Both the position numbers and the translations under genes were made by a program. The notes under the pieces are model-generated. The model saw only the letters and a list, made by a program, of their open reading frames with translations, had not been told where the DNA came from and made no database searches. This document shows positions 38,941-47,690 of a stretch of 64,000 bases of DNA, one piece after another; the stretch's first letter is position 1; each line of letters begins with the position of its first letter. Location: the NCBI GenBank assembly GCA_964244065.1, contig CAXTHH010000002.1, positions 327,199 to 391,198 on the forward strand, read 5' to 3'. This DNA is from an uncultured Caulobacteraceae bacterium. Its GTDB lineage: Bacteria; Pseudomonadota; Alphaproteobacteria; Caulobacterales; Caulobacteraceae.

Positions 38941-39978
38941 TCAGTGTGCGGCCGACTCCGCCGTCCGCCGCCGCGCCATGAGCTCATCGAACTGCGCCCA
39001 CACGCCTTCCTTCGATTGCCACAGACCTTTGGTGGCCGCCTTGGAGTACTCCGTGGCGCGGGCCTCGAAGAAGTTGGCGTGCTCCACGCCTGAGAGCAGG
39101 CTCTGCAGCCAGGGCAGCGGGTTCTCGCGCACGCCGTAGACCTCGGGCAGGTGCAGCTGGCGCAGGCGCCAGTCGGCGATGAAGCGGATGTACTTCTTGA
39201 TGTCCTCGGGCGTCATGCCCTCGATGTCGCCGGCCTCGAAGGCCAGGTCGATGAACTTGTCCTCCATGCCGACGACCGTGCGGCAGTTGTCGATGATGTC
39301 GTCGGCCACCGCCTTGGTCACCACGCCCGTCTCGGCGTTGAAGGCGTGGAACAGCTTGATCATGCCCTCGCAGTGCAGGCTCTCGTCGCGCACCGACCAC
39401 GACACGATCTGCCCCATGCCCTTCATCTTGTTGAAGCGCGGGAAGTTCAGCAGCATGGCGAAGCTGGCGAACAGCTGCAGCCCCTCGGTGAAGGCGCCGA
39501 ACATGGCCAGGGTGCGGGCGATGTCGGCGTGCGTCTCCACGCCGAAGGTTTGCATATAGTCGTGCTTGTCCTTCATCGCCTCGTATTCAAGAAAGGCGCT
39601 GAACTCCGACTCCGGCATGCCGATCGTCTCGAGCAGCAGGGCGTAGGCGGCGATGTGGATCGTCTCGATGTTCGAGAAGGCGCTCATCATCATCTTCACC
39701 TCGGTGGGTTTGAAGACGCGTGCGTAGCGTTCCATGTAGTTGTCGTTCACCTCCACGTCGCTCTGCGTGAAGAAGCGGAAGATCTGCGTGAGCAGGTTGC
39801 GCTCGCGGTCGTTGAGCTTGGTCGCCCAGTCCTTGCAGTCCTCGCCTAGCGGCACCTCCTCGGGCATCCAGTGGACCTGCTGCTGACGCTTCCAGAACTC
39901 GTGCGCCCATGGGTAGCGGAACGGCTTGTAGGCGTGGCTCGGCGTCATGAGGCCGGGCAGGAGGAGGGTCGCGGACAC
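38941..39978 (-). CDS. nrdB: class Ia ribonucleotide reductase beta (R2) subunit
   Basis: ORF 38941..39978(-). It has the ferritin-like di-iron motifs FFTQSDVEVNDNY, FSNIETIHIAAYALL and SWSVRDESLHCEG, and a C-terminal tail. No R1 gene is adjacent. Confidence 0.9.
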   Translation of the reverse strand: MSATLLLPGLMTPSHAYKPFRYPWAHEFWKRQQQVHWMPEEVPLGEDCKDWATKLNDRERNLLTQIFRFFTQSDVEVNDNYMERYARVFKPTEVKMMMSAFSNIETIHIAAYALLLETIGMPESEFSAFLEYEAMKDKHDYMQTFGVETHADIARTLAMFGAFTEGLQLFASFAMLLNFPRFNKMKGMGQIVSWSVRDESLHCEGMIKLFHAFNAETGVVTKAVADDIIDNCRTVVGMEDKFIDLAFEAGDIEGMTPEDIKKYIRFIADWRLRQLHLPEVYGVRENPLPWLQSLLSGVEHANFFEARATEYSKAATKGLWQSKEGVWAQFDELMARRRTAESAAH

Positions 39979-40144
39979 GGGCGGGGCCTCACGCGGAATC
40001 GGAACGGAGGGCCATTAACGCCACCCGGACACCAGATGTCGAGGGTCGCCGCCGCCGCAGCCCACAAGATGTGGGAGATCTGTGGACCGGCCTGTGGACG
40101 GAAGGGGGAAGGGAGCGGGGGTGGCCGTCGAGCGTTGCCGCAGG

Positions 40145-41113
40145 ATGCTGCGCCGGGTGGGAGGGGTCGTCGCTGGGCTGGGCGCCCTCGCCCTGGGCGG
40201 CGCGGCGCTGTGGCTGCGGTTCGCGCCGCCGATGGACGTTCCGCCGCTCCGGCCCGCCGTGGCCCCGCCCGTCGCCGCGGCGCCTCCGCCCGGGGCTGCG
40301 ATTGAGGGTCCTCCCGCGCTCCCGCGCGACGCCGACTGCCGGTCGGGGCCCGGGCGCGAGGCGGAGGCGGCCGCCAACGCCGCCACGCTGGAGACGGCGG
40401 CCTGGTCGCCCTCCGGCCCGGTGGAGACGGGGTGGGCCGCCTACGCCCCGCTCGCCGCGCGCGAGGTGGGCGCCGCCTGCGGCCCCGGCTCGACCGCCTT
40501 CGCCCAGAAGCTGGCGGCCTGGCGCGCGGCGCACGGGCTCGGGGCCGGCGGCGTGATGGACGCCCCCACGCTCAAGGCCATGGTGGTGACCTGGCTGCTG
40601 CGCCGGCCCTTCGTGCAGGCGACGCGTCGCGGCGAGTGCCCGCCCGCGCCCGATCCCACCGGCCTGGCCACGGCGCTGCCGGGCGAGACCCTGGGCGGCA
40701 AGGCGGTGCAGGCCGCCCCCGCGGCGCTGGAGGCGTGGCGGCGGCTGCGCGCGACGGCCCGCGCCGAGCGGCCGGAGATCGCGGCCGACCCGGGCCTGCT
40801 GGCGATCGCCTCCGGCTTCCGCGGGCCGGCCGAGGAGGCGGCGCGCTGCGCGTCGCGGGGCTGCGACACGGTCAGCCGCTCGCGCTGCTCGGCGCATCGC
40901 ACGGGGACCGCGTTCGACCTCGTGCTGACCACCGCGCCGGGCGCGGCGGCGCTCTCCACGGCGGAGGCGGACCGCAAGGCCCTGGCGCGCACGCCGGCCT
41001 ACCTGTGGATGGCGGCCAACGCCGACCGGTTCGGCTTCCTGCCCTACCCCTACGAGCCCTGGCACTGGGAGTGGGCGGGCGCGGCGCTCACCCCGCCAGC
41101 AGCTCCCCCGTGA
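40145..41113 (+). CDS. M15-family (VanY-like) D-alanyl-D-alanine carboxypeptidase with N-terminal membrane anchor
   Basis: Inner ATG of ORF 40082..41113. It has the anchor MLRRVGGVVAGLGALALGGAALWL and the Zn-ligand contexts SAHRTGTAFDL and EPWHWEW. Confidence 0.75.
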   Translation: MLRRVGGVVAGLGALALGGAALWLRFAPPMDVPPLRPAVAPPVAAAPPPGAAIEGPPALPRDADCRSGPGREAEAAANAATLETAAWSPSGPVETGWAAYAPLAAREVGAACGPGSTAFAQKLAAWRAAHGLGAGGVMDAPTLKAMVVTWLLRRPFVQATRRGECPPAPDPTGLATALPGETLGGKAVQAAPAALEAWRRLRATARAERPEIAADPGLLAIASGFRGPAEEAARCASRGCDTVSRSRCSAHRTGTAFDLVLTTAPGAAALSTAEADRKALARTPAYLWMAANADRFGFLPYPYEPWHWEWAGAALTPPAAPP

Positions 41114-42254
41114 GCCGGTCGAGCACGGGGCGCCCCGCCGGCGTGGCCCGCAGGCGGCCGTCGTCCAGCCGGAGCAGCCCGAGCTCGGCCAAGTCGGCGA
41201 GCTGTGCCGGCGCAAGGTGCAGGGCGTCGAGCGCCGCGGTCGGCACGCCGTCCGAGGTGCGCAGGCCCATGAGCAGCCGCTCCTCGGCGACCTCCCGCGG
41301 GCTCAGCCGCTCCGGAGCGGGGTGGCCGACGCCGGTCTCGGCGACGCGGCGGACGTAGTCGGCCACGCGCGACTCGGCTGTGGTGGCCAGGCGGGCGCCG
41401 TCCACCGTCAGCCGGCCGTGCGCGCCGGGGCCGGCGCCCACGTAGTCCGCCCCCGTCCAGTAGAGCAGGTTGTGGCGGGAGCGCGCGCCGGGGCCGCGGG
41501 CGTGGTTGGAGACCTCGTAGGCCTCGAACCCGGCGCGCTCCAGCACCGCCTGGGTGGTCTCGTACAGGTCGGCGGCGAGGTCCGGGTCGGCGGGGCGCCA
41601 GCCGCCCCGGCGCACGGCGCGATCGAACGGCGTGCCGGGCTCGACGGTCAGCTGGTAGGGCGACACGTGCTCGGCCCCGAGCTCCACGGCCTCCACCAGC
41701 TCGGCGGCCCAGGCCGCGGCGGTCTGGCCGGGGCGGGCGTAGATCAGGTCCAGCGACACGCGCGGAAAGGTCCGGGCCGCGACCGCCAGCGCCGCCCGGC
41801 CCTCCGCCGCCGAGTGCAGCCGGCCGAGGAAGCGCAGCGCCGCGTCGTCGAGCGCCTGCACGCCCAGGGACAGGCGATCCACGCCGGCGTCGGCCAGGGC
41901 GGCGAAGCGGGCGGCCTCCGCGTCGCTCGGGTTGGCCTCCAGCGAGACCTCCACGGGCGGGTCGCCCGGGGCGGCGGGCCAGAGGACGCGGGCCAGGGCG
42001 ATCAGCTCGGCGGCCCAGGCCGGGTCCATCAGCGAGGGCGTGCCGCCGCCGAGGAACACCGACACCAGCCGTCGCGGGCCCAGCCCGGCGGCCTGGGCGC
42101 GCAGGTCGGCGGCCATGGCGTCCGCCAGCGCGCGCTGCTCGTCGCGCCGCCCCCGGTCGCGGGTCACCACGAAGTCGCAGTAGGGGCAGATGCGCGCGCA
42201 GTAGGGCCAGTGCAGATAGACGCCCAGGGGAGGGCGCGGGCGGGCCTCGGTCAG
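41088..42254 (-). CDS. hemW: radical-SAM heme chaperone HemW (HemN-like, oxygen-independent coproporphyrinogen oxidase family)
   Basis: ORF 41088..42170(-), extended upstream. The CxxxCxxC motif ([16 protein letters not shown]) lies 5' of the first ATG/GTG/TTG. The only plausible start is CTG at 42254, which overlaps the rdgB stop (CTGA). Confidence 0.8.
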   Translation of the reverse strand: MTEARPRPPLGVYLHWPYCARICPYCDFVVTRDRGRRDEQRALADAMAADLRAQAAGLGPRRLVSVFLGGGTPSLMDPAWAAELIALARVLWPAAPGDPPVEVSLEANPSDAEAARFAALADAGVDRLSLGVQALDDAALRFLGRLHSAAEGRAALAVAARTFPRVSLDLIYARPGQTAAAWAAELVEAVELGAEHVSPYQLTVEPGTPFDRAVRRGGWRPADPDLAADLYETTQAVLERAGFEAYEVSNHARGPGARSRHNLLYWTGADYVGAGPGAHGRLTVDGARLATTAESRVADYVRRVAETGVGHPAPERLSPREVAEERLLMGLRTSDGVPTAALDALHLAPAQLADLAELGLLRLDDGRLRATPAGRPVLDRLTGELLAG

Positions 42255-42850
42255 AACAGCGCCGCCTTCAGCTTGGCGAAGGCGTCAGCGCGGTGGCTGA
42301 TGGCGTGCTTCCGCTCCGGGTCCATCTCGCCGAAGGTCTCCGTCTCGCCATAGGGCGTGAACAGCGGGTCGTAGCCGAAGCCGCGGTCGCCGCGGCCGGG
42401 GAAGACCAGCCGGCCGTCCACGCGGCCCTCCACCACCACGCAGGGGCCGTCCGGCCAGGCCACCGCCAGGGCGCAGTGGAAGGCCGCCCGGTCGTCGTCG
42501 CCACCGCGCGCGGCCAGCTCGCGCTCCACCCGGGCCATGGCCGCGCCGAAGTCCCGCGGCTCGCCCGCCCAGCGCGCGGAGAGCACGCCGGGGTCGCCGC
42601 CCAGGCCGCGCACCGCCAGGCCCGAGTCGTCGGCGATGGCGACCACGCCGCTGGCGTCGGCGGCGCGGCGCGCCTTGAGCGCGGCGTTGCCGGCGAAGGT
42701 GGTCTCAGGCTCCTCGGGCTCGGGCAGGCCGAGCGCGTCGGCGCCGACCAGGTCGAAGCGCCCGTCCAGGAGGGCCGCGATCTCCCGCGCCTTGCCGGCG
42801 TTGTGCGTGGCGGCCACGAGCCGCGTTCCGGGCCGGAGCTGGAGCGCCAT
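42251..42850 (-). CDS. rdgB: dITP/XTP pyrophosphatase (non-canonical purine NTPase)
   Basis: ORF 42251..42850(-). It contains [28 protein letters not shown] and SHRADAF motifs. Confidence 0.92.
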   Translation of the reverse strand: MALQLRPGTRLVAATHNAGKAREIAALLDGRFDLVGADALGLPEPEEPETTFAGNAALKARRAADASGVVAIADDSGLAVRGLGGDPGVLSARWAGEPRDFGAAMARVERELAARGGDDDRAAFHCALAVAWPDGPCVVVEGRVDGRLVFPGRGDRGFGYDPLFTPYGETETFGEMDPERKHAISHRADAFAKLKAALF

Positions 42851-42964
42851 GGGGCAGCCATGCGGCCCCGCGCGTCCGACCGCAAGGGTCTGTGGGCCCC
42901 GAGTTGACGCCCGGGCGGCCTGCGGGTGTGATCCGCCGCGGCGGCGGGTCCGCAGGCGAGGACC

Positions 42965-43498
42965 ATGCGCGCGTTCGGACCGGCCTCGGTGTCGAGCCTC
43001 CTGAAGATTGGGCTGGACGTGGTGACCTACGCCCTGGGCGCCGCCCTGTTCATGGGCGCGCTGGGGTTTCTGGTGGCGGTGCTGGTGCAGCCGGTGCTGG
43101 GCCCGCCGGGCGTCGGGCCGCCCCGCTTCGGCGTGTTCGACCCCGTGCTCCGGCGCGGCCCCGCGCTCCTGGTGCTGCTGATCGGGGTGGAGGTGTGGCT
43201 CGCCGCCCTGCTGGCGGTGGCCGACCGGCTGCGGCGGGTGTTCGCCACCCTGATCGAGGGCCGGCCCTTCCGCCCCGGCAACGCCCAGCGGCTGCGCGCC
43301 ATCGGCATGGCGCTGATCGTGCTGCAGCTGGCGGGCTACGCCCTGCCCATGCTGGTGGCCCCCGTCTTCCCCGAGGCTCGGTTGAAGCGGCCGGACCCGG
43401 ACGTGTCGGCCTGGTTCGCCGTGCTCGTGGTGTTCGTGCTGGCCGAGGTGTTCCGCGAGGGCGCGCGCCTGCAGGCCGAGGCGGAGCTGACCGTATGA
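42965..43498 (+). CDS. DUF2975-type membrane protein
   Basis: ORF 42965..43498. It has four predicted membrane-spanning segments and the C-terminal [22 protein letters not shown]. It is paired with a YozG-like HTH gene, as is usual for this family. Confidence 0.7.
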   Translation: MRAFGPASVSSLLKIGLDVVTYALGAALFMGALGFLVAVLVQPVLGPPGVGPPRFGVFDPVLRRGPALLVLLIGVEVWLAALLAVADRLRRVFATLIEGRPFRPGNAQRLRAIGMALIVLQLAGYALPMLVAPVFPEARLKRPDPDVSAWFAVLVVFVLAEVFREGARLQAEAELTV

Positions 43499-43731
43499 GC
43501 GTGCGCGTGCGGCTCGACCGGGTGCTCGCGCGGCGACGCATGTCGCTGGCCGAGCTGGCCGACCGGGTGGGCATCGCCTCCGAGCAGCTGGAGGTGCTGC
43601 GCTCCGGCCGGGTGCGCGCGGTGCGCCTGTCCACGCTCGACGCCCTGTGCCGCGAGCTGGCCTGCGGGCCGGGGGACCTGCTCAGCTACGAGCCGTTCGA
43701 GGCGGTGGAGGACGAGCCGCCCGGGGGGTGA
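43495..43731 (+). CDS. YozG-like XRE-family HTH transcriptional regulator
   Basis: ATG at 43495 overlaps the upstream stop (ATGA). It reads [67 protein letters not shown]. Confidence 0.8.
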   Translation: MSVRVRLDRVLARRRMSLAELADRVGIASEQLEVLRSGRVRAVRLSTLDALCRELACGPGDLLSYEPFEAVEDEPPGG

Positions 43732-43781
43732 TCCCAGGCCCGATCCCGGGTGCGGGCGCGCGGCCGCCGGGGCGCGCAGGT

Positions 43782-45440
43782 CTAGCGCCCGCCGGTCGCC
43801 CCCGGCGCGCGGCCGGCCTCGATCTGGCGGAGCATATGCTCCAGGGCGCCGATCTCGTCGGCCTCGGCGGCGGGCTTGTCCCAGCGGATGCGGGCGATGC
43901 GGGGGAAGCGCATGGCGACGCCCGACTTGTGGCGCGTGGAGCGCTGCAGGCCCTCGAACGCCACCTCCAGCACCAGGCCGAAGCCCCGGTCGGCGCGCAC
44001 CGCGCGCACGGGGCCGAAGCGCTCCACCGTGTGGTCGCGCACGAACTTGTCCAGCAGCTTCAGCTCCGCGTCCGTGAAGCCGCTGTAGGCCTTGCCCACG
44101 GGCGTCAGCGCGCCCTCCTTCCACACGCCGAAGGTGTAATCGCTGTAGAAGCTGGAGCGGCGGCCGTGGCCGCGCTGGGCGTACATCATCACGGCGTCCA
44201 CGGTGAACGGGTCGCGCTTCCACTTGAACCACGGGCCCTTGGGCCGGCCGCTCTCGTACAGGCTGTCCCAGCGCTTCAGCATCAGGCCCTCGGCGGCGGC
44301 GGCGTCGCCGTCGGGCGGGTTGGCGCGGCGCTCGGCCAAGTCCTCCCAGCTGGCGAACGGCACCAGCGGCGAGAGGTCCAGCCGGGCGTTGCCGTGCCGC
44401 GCGACGAAGCCCTCCAGCCGTCGGCGGCGCTCGGCGAAGGGCAGGGCGCGCAGATCCTCGCCGCCCTCGGACAGCAGGTCGTAGGCGCGGACGGCGGCGG
44501 GAAAGGCGGCCATGGTCTTCTCGTCGACGGCCTTGCGGTTCAGCCGCTGCTGCATGTCGCCGAAGGGGGCCACGCGCAGGGCGCCGGTCGCGTCGGGGCG
44601 CATGACCAGGAGCTCGCCGTCGATCACCCCGTCGAAGCGCAGGGCGGCCATCAGGTCGGGGAAGCTGCGGCCGATCTCGTCGCCCGTGCGGCTCCACAGC
44701 GCCTGCACGCCGCCCTCGCACACGGCCTGGACGCGGATGCCGTCCCACTTCCACTCGGCGGCGTACGCGGCGGGGTCGAGCTTTGGGAACTCGGCCTCGT
44801 CCACCGGCTGGGCGAGCATGACGGGGCGGAAGCGGCCGGGGCTGTCGGGGTCGGGGCGGGGACCGCGGCCCTCCAGCCAGGCGAACAGCTCGGCGTAGGG
44901 CGGCTCCACCGCGTGCCACACCTCCTCGATCTCCGAGACGTCGACGGCGTGGCCGTAGAGCGGGGCGAGGTCGGCGGCGGCCTGCTTGGCCAGGCGGGCG
45001 GAGAGGCCGACGCGCAGCTCGCGGGTGAGGAGCTTGAGCAGCGCCCAGCGGCTGTCGGCGTCGCAGGCGTCGAGCCAGCCCTCCAGCAGGGCGGGGGTGG
45101 CGGCGCGGTGGCTGGTGCGCAGGGCGTCCACCACCTCCTGCAGGTCGGGCTCGCGGTTGGCGCCCGGCTTCTGCGGCCAGACCAGGGCCACGGTGTCGGC
45201 GAGGTCGCCGACGAAGTCGTAGCTCCAGCCCAGCAGCACCGGGTCCATCCGCTGCTCGACCAGCTTTCGGATCATGGCCGGCTTGGCGGTGTCGAAGGTG
45301 AGGTCGCCCGTGAGCGCCGCCAGCGCCCAGCCGCGCTCCGGGTCCGGCGTGTCGCGCAGGAAGTCGCGCACGAGGCGCAGCTTGGCGTTGCGGCTGTTGG
45401 ACAGCTGCACGCGGTCGAGGAGGGCGGCGAAGGCCTGCAT
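43782..45440 (-). CDS. ATP-dependent DNA ligase of the ligase-associated (cisplatin) damage-response type
   Basis: ORF 43782..45440(-). It starts MQAFAALLDRVQLSNSRNAKLRLVRDFLRDTPDPERGWALAALTG. It has the adenylation motif I AEWKWDGIRVQ (catalytic Lys) and an OB-fold C-terminus. Confidence 0.88.
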   Translation of the reverse strand: MQAFAALLDRVQLSNSRNAKLRLVRDFLRDTPDPERGWALAALTGDLTFDTAKPAMIRKLVEQRMDPVLLGWSYDFVGDLADTVALVWPQKPGANREPDLQEVVDALRTSHRAATPALLEGWLDACDADSRWALLKLLTRELRVGLSARLAKQAAADLAPLYGHAVDVSEIEEVWHAVEPPYAELFAWLEGRGPRPDPDSPGRFRPVMLAQPVDEAEFPKLDPAAYAAEWKWDGIRVQAVCEGGVQALWSRTGDEIGRSFPDLMAALRFDGVIDGELLVMRPDATGALRVAPFGDMQQRLNRKAVDEKTMAAFPAAVRAYDLLSEGGEDLRALPFAERRRRLEGFVARHGNARLDLSPLVPFASWEDLAERRANPPDGDAAAAEGLMLKRWDSLYESGRPKGPWFKWKRDPFTVDAVMMYAQRGHGRRSSFYSDYTFGVWKEGALTPVGKAYSGFTDAELKLLDKFVRDHTVERFGPVRAVRADRGFGLVLEVAFEGLQRSTRHKSGVAMRFPRIARIRWDKPAAEADEIGALEHMLRQIEAGRAPGATGGR

Positions 45441-45496
45441 GTGGAGGGCTAACGCTCGAGCTTGGCATGCGGTCGCTGGCGCTCACCCGGACGCGT

Positions 45497-45800
45497 GGCG
45501 CCGCCGCCGTGCTCGGGCGCATCAAGGGCCGCTTCGCTCTCCGCGTCGGCGGACCCGCCCTGCGCGCGGCGGCTGACCGGAGGGGTCGGGACGCGGGGCG
45601 TCCCTAGAAGATGTTCGACGGCCTGCGGCGCGTCGAACACAGGGCTGAGGCGTGCCCGTGGGTGGGCCGAGGCCGCGCTCTCGCCCCGCATCGCCCTACT
45701 CGTCTCATGTTTCCGACGCCCGCGTCACCGCCGCCGCGCGCAGGGCGCGTCAAGGGCGAAGAGCGGAGCGTTCCTTGACGCGGCCGAGCACGGCGGCGCC
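45497..45800. mobile_element. about 300-bp non-coding element with roughly 50-bp imperfect terminal inverted repeats (MITE-like)
   Basis: By hand alignment the left arm (45497-45546) is about 85% identical to the reverse complement of the right arm (45746-45800). The right arm contains a perfect 10-bp stem, CGCGTCAAGG-N17-CCTTGACGCG. The core (45570-45643) is repeated at 36129-36200. Confidence 0.5.
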
Positions 45801-45811
45801 GACCTGTCCGA

Positions 45812-47068
45812 CTACCGCTCCAGGTCGAGCGCCCGCGCCGTGTCCCGGGTCAGCTCCCCCTGCGCGTTCAGCCCCTTGTCCCGCTGGAAGCGGACCAGGG
45901 CGTCGTTCGTGGCCGGGGTGTTCACGCCGTTCACGGGGCCCTTGTAGTAGCCGCGGTCGGCCAGCGCGCCCTGCAGGCGCGAGACCATCGGCCGGCCGGG
46001 CGTGCGCGCGTCGGTCTGCGCGCGAGGCGCGGGCGCGGCCCGCATCTCCGGCCCATACGCCACCGCGCCCGCGCGGCAGGGCGCGCAGGGCGGCGCCGGG
46101 CGCACCCACATGCGGCGGCGAACTACGCGCGCCTGCGGGCGATGCACCGGCGGCGCGGGCCGCACGTACGGCCGGGGGGGATGCATCATCGGCGGAGGCC
46201 CGCAGGGGTTCGCGCACGGCTCAGGCGGCGGGGGCGGGGGCGGCGGCGGGACGGCGCAGGCGATCCGCCGCCACTCGCTGCGGGCGGGGCTCACCAGGTG
46301 GCGGTTGGGCACGGTCTCGTAGATCGGCGGGATGGTGCGGCTCTCCTCGCGCTCGGGCCGGACCACGTACTTCTCGCGCACGGTCCCGTACTCGGCGGGA
46401 ATCTCGCGGGTCGCCTCGTAGCCGGGGCGCTCGACCACCTGGCGTGGGACCTGGCGGGTCATGGCGGGCACGGGGTGGTCGATCACGCGCTCGGGCACGC
46501 GCAGCACCTGCTCGGCCACCGTGCGGTAGAGCGCGGGCTCGACCACCAGGCACATGATCTCGCCGGTGGGCGTCACCTGCGTCTGCCCATGCCAGCCGTG
46601 GTCGTAGCCGTAGGGCGCGTAGGCCGGCTGGCCGTAGGCGGGCAGCGCCCGGCCCGGCTTCCACACCGTGCGCGCCTCGCGCACCAGCACCTGGCGGGTG
46701 ACGGTCTCGTACACGGGCGGGATCACCTCGCGGGTGAAGCTCGCGGGCCGCACGACCTCCGTCTCCCACACGGTGCGCAGGACGGGGGGCACGGGGTAGC
46801 GCTCGATCCGGGCGGGGCGGACCACCACGGTCCTGTCGCGCCAGCCCCACTCGGCGGGCACGGTGTAGTGCTCGACGCGCTCGGGATGCACGAGGCGACG
46901 CTCGGGCGTGGTCTCCCACACCTCGGCGCTGACCACCTTCTCGTAGCACTCGCCGGGGCGGGCGTAGGGGGGGCGGTCCTCGTCCGGACCTCCCGCACGG
47001 GCGCCGCCCGCCACCGACAGGGCGACGCAGAGCGCCAGAAGACCAGAACGCGCGTCAACGGGCGCCAT
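45812..47068 (-). CDS. secreted repeat protein with C-terminal peptidoglycan-binding (PG_binding_1-like) domain
   Basis: Inner ATG of ORF 45812..47098(-). It has a signal peptide and repeated xVPxxYxTV modules (IPPVYETVTRQV, IPAEYGTVREKY, IPPIYETVPNRH). It also has a P10 tract with Cys pairs and the C-terminal LQGALADRGYYKGPVNGVNTPATNDALVRFQRDKGL. Confidence 0.75.
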   Translation of the reverse strand: MAPVDARSGLLALCVALSVAGGARAGGPDEDRPPYARPGECYEKVVSAEVWETTPERRLVHPERVEHYTVPAEWGWRDRTVVVRPARIERYPVPPVLRTVWETEVVRPASFTREVIPPVYETVTRQVLVREARTVWKPGRALPAYGQPAYAPYGYDHGWHGQTQVTPTGEIMCLVVEPALYRTVAEQVLRVPERVIDHPVPAMTRQVPRQVVERPGYEATREIPAEYGTVREKYVVRPEREESRTIPPIYETVPNRHLVSPARSEWRRIACAVPPPPPPPPPEPCANPCGPPPMMHPPRPYVRPAPPVHRPQARVVRRRMWVRPAPPCAPCRAGAVAYGPEMRAAPAPRAQTDARTPGRPMVSRLQGALADRGYYKGPVNGVNTPATNDALVRFQRDKGLNAQGELTRDTARALDLER

Positions 47069-47305
47069 GCCGTCAGCCTCCAAGACGGAGGCGCGCACAA
47101 GCGGCTCCGTGGAGGGAAGCTACCCCGCCGGGCCGGCCGGGGGGAACGCTCTTCACCGTGCGCCCGAAACGTGTGCGCGGCCGGCTCGCGCGCCGGGCGT
47201 AACTTAACCCTGCGCCGGAGCCGGGCGCTCGCGCGTGCGGTTAGGCTTCGTGCCGCGGCCGGCCATGGTCTAGGAGTGCGCTCGCACGGCGCGGAGGAAC
47301 GACGA

Positions 47306-47521
47306 ATGGAGCGGATTCGGCCAGGGGACGTGCGGCCCGGCAAGTGCTTCACCGCCGCGGCGGACGGAAAGGTGCGCCGGGTGGTGGCGGTGCGCGACGG
47401 CGTGGTCGCCTTCGATGTGCGCAAGGGTCAGGGCTCGCGGACCGACTGGGGCGGCCGCAGCGAGCTGCCGGTGCCCGACTTCATCGCCGCCTCGGCGCGC
47501 GAGGTGGGCTGCGACTTCTAG
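47306..47521 (+). CDS. small hypothetical protein (71 aa)
   Basis: ATG at 47306 is preceded by GGAGGAACGACGA (a good Shine-Dalgarno sequence). It reads MERIRPGDVRPGKCFTAAADGKVRRVVAVRDGVVAFDVRKGQG... I recognise no family. Confidence 0.45.
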   Translation: MERIRPGDVRPGKCFTAAADGKVRRVVAVRDGVVAFDVRKGQGSRTDWGGRSELPVPDFIAASAREVGCDF

Positions 47522-47528
47522 CGGAGGC

Positions 47529-47602
47529 TGGAGCGGGCAGCGGGAATCGAACCCGCACGAGCAGCTTGGGAAGCTGCCAGGCTACCACTACATCATGCCC
47601 GC
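47529..47602 (-). tRNA. tRNA-Gly (anticodon CCC)
   Basis: The reverse complement is GCGGGCATGATGTAGTGGTAGCCTGGCAGCTTCCCAAGCTGCTCGTGCGGGTTCGATTCCCGCTGCCCGCTCCA. The acceptor, anticodon (loop TTCCCAA) and T arms pair well, but the D stem is weak. Confidence 0.85.
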
Positions 47603-47690
47603 GGAGCCTCCGCCGTCCTACGGCGTCGAGGGCCCGATGTCCACGCGGGGTCGCCTTGCGGAGGCCGGGCGCCCGTGACAAGCGGGGCCG

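Noticed and set aside
45449-45691. An 80-codon minus-strand ORF ending 8 nt upstream of the ligase start. Its translation resembles the minus-strand translation of 36049-36200.
   Set aside because: The amino-acid similarity follows automatically from the roughly 80% nucleotide identity of the repeat element. The second copy has no gene context and I recognise no protein family. I treat it as part of the repeat, although a relic of the ligase-associated exonuclease cannot be fully excluded.
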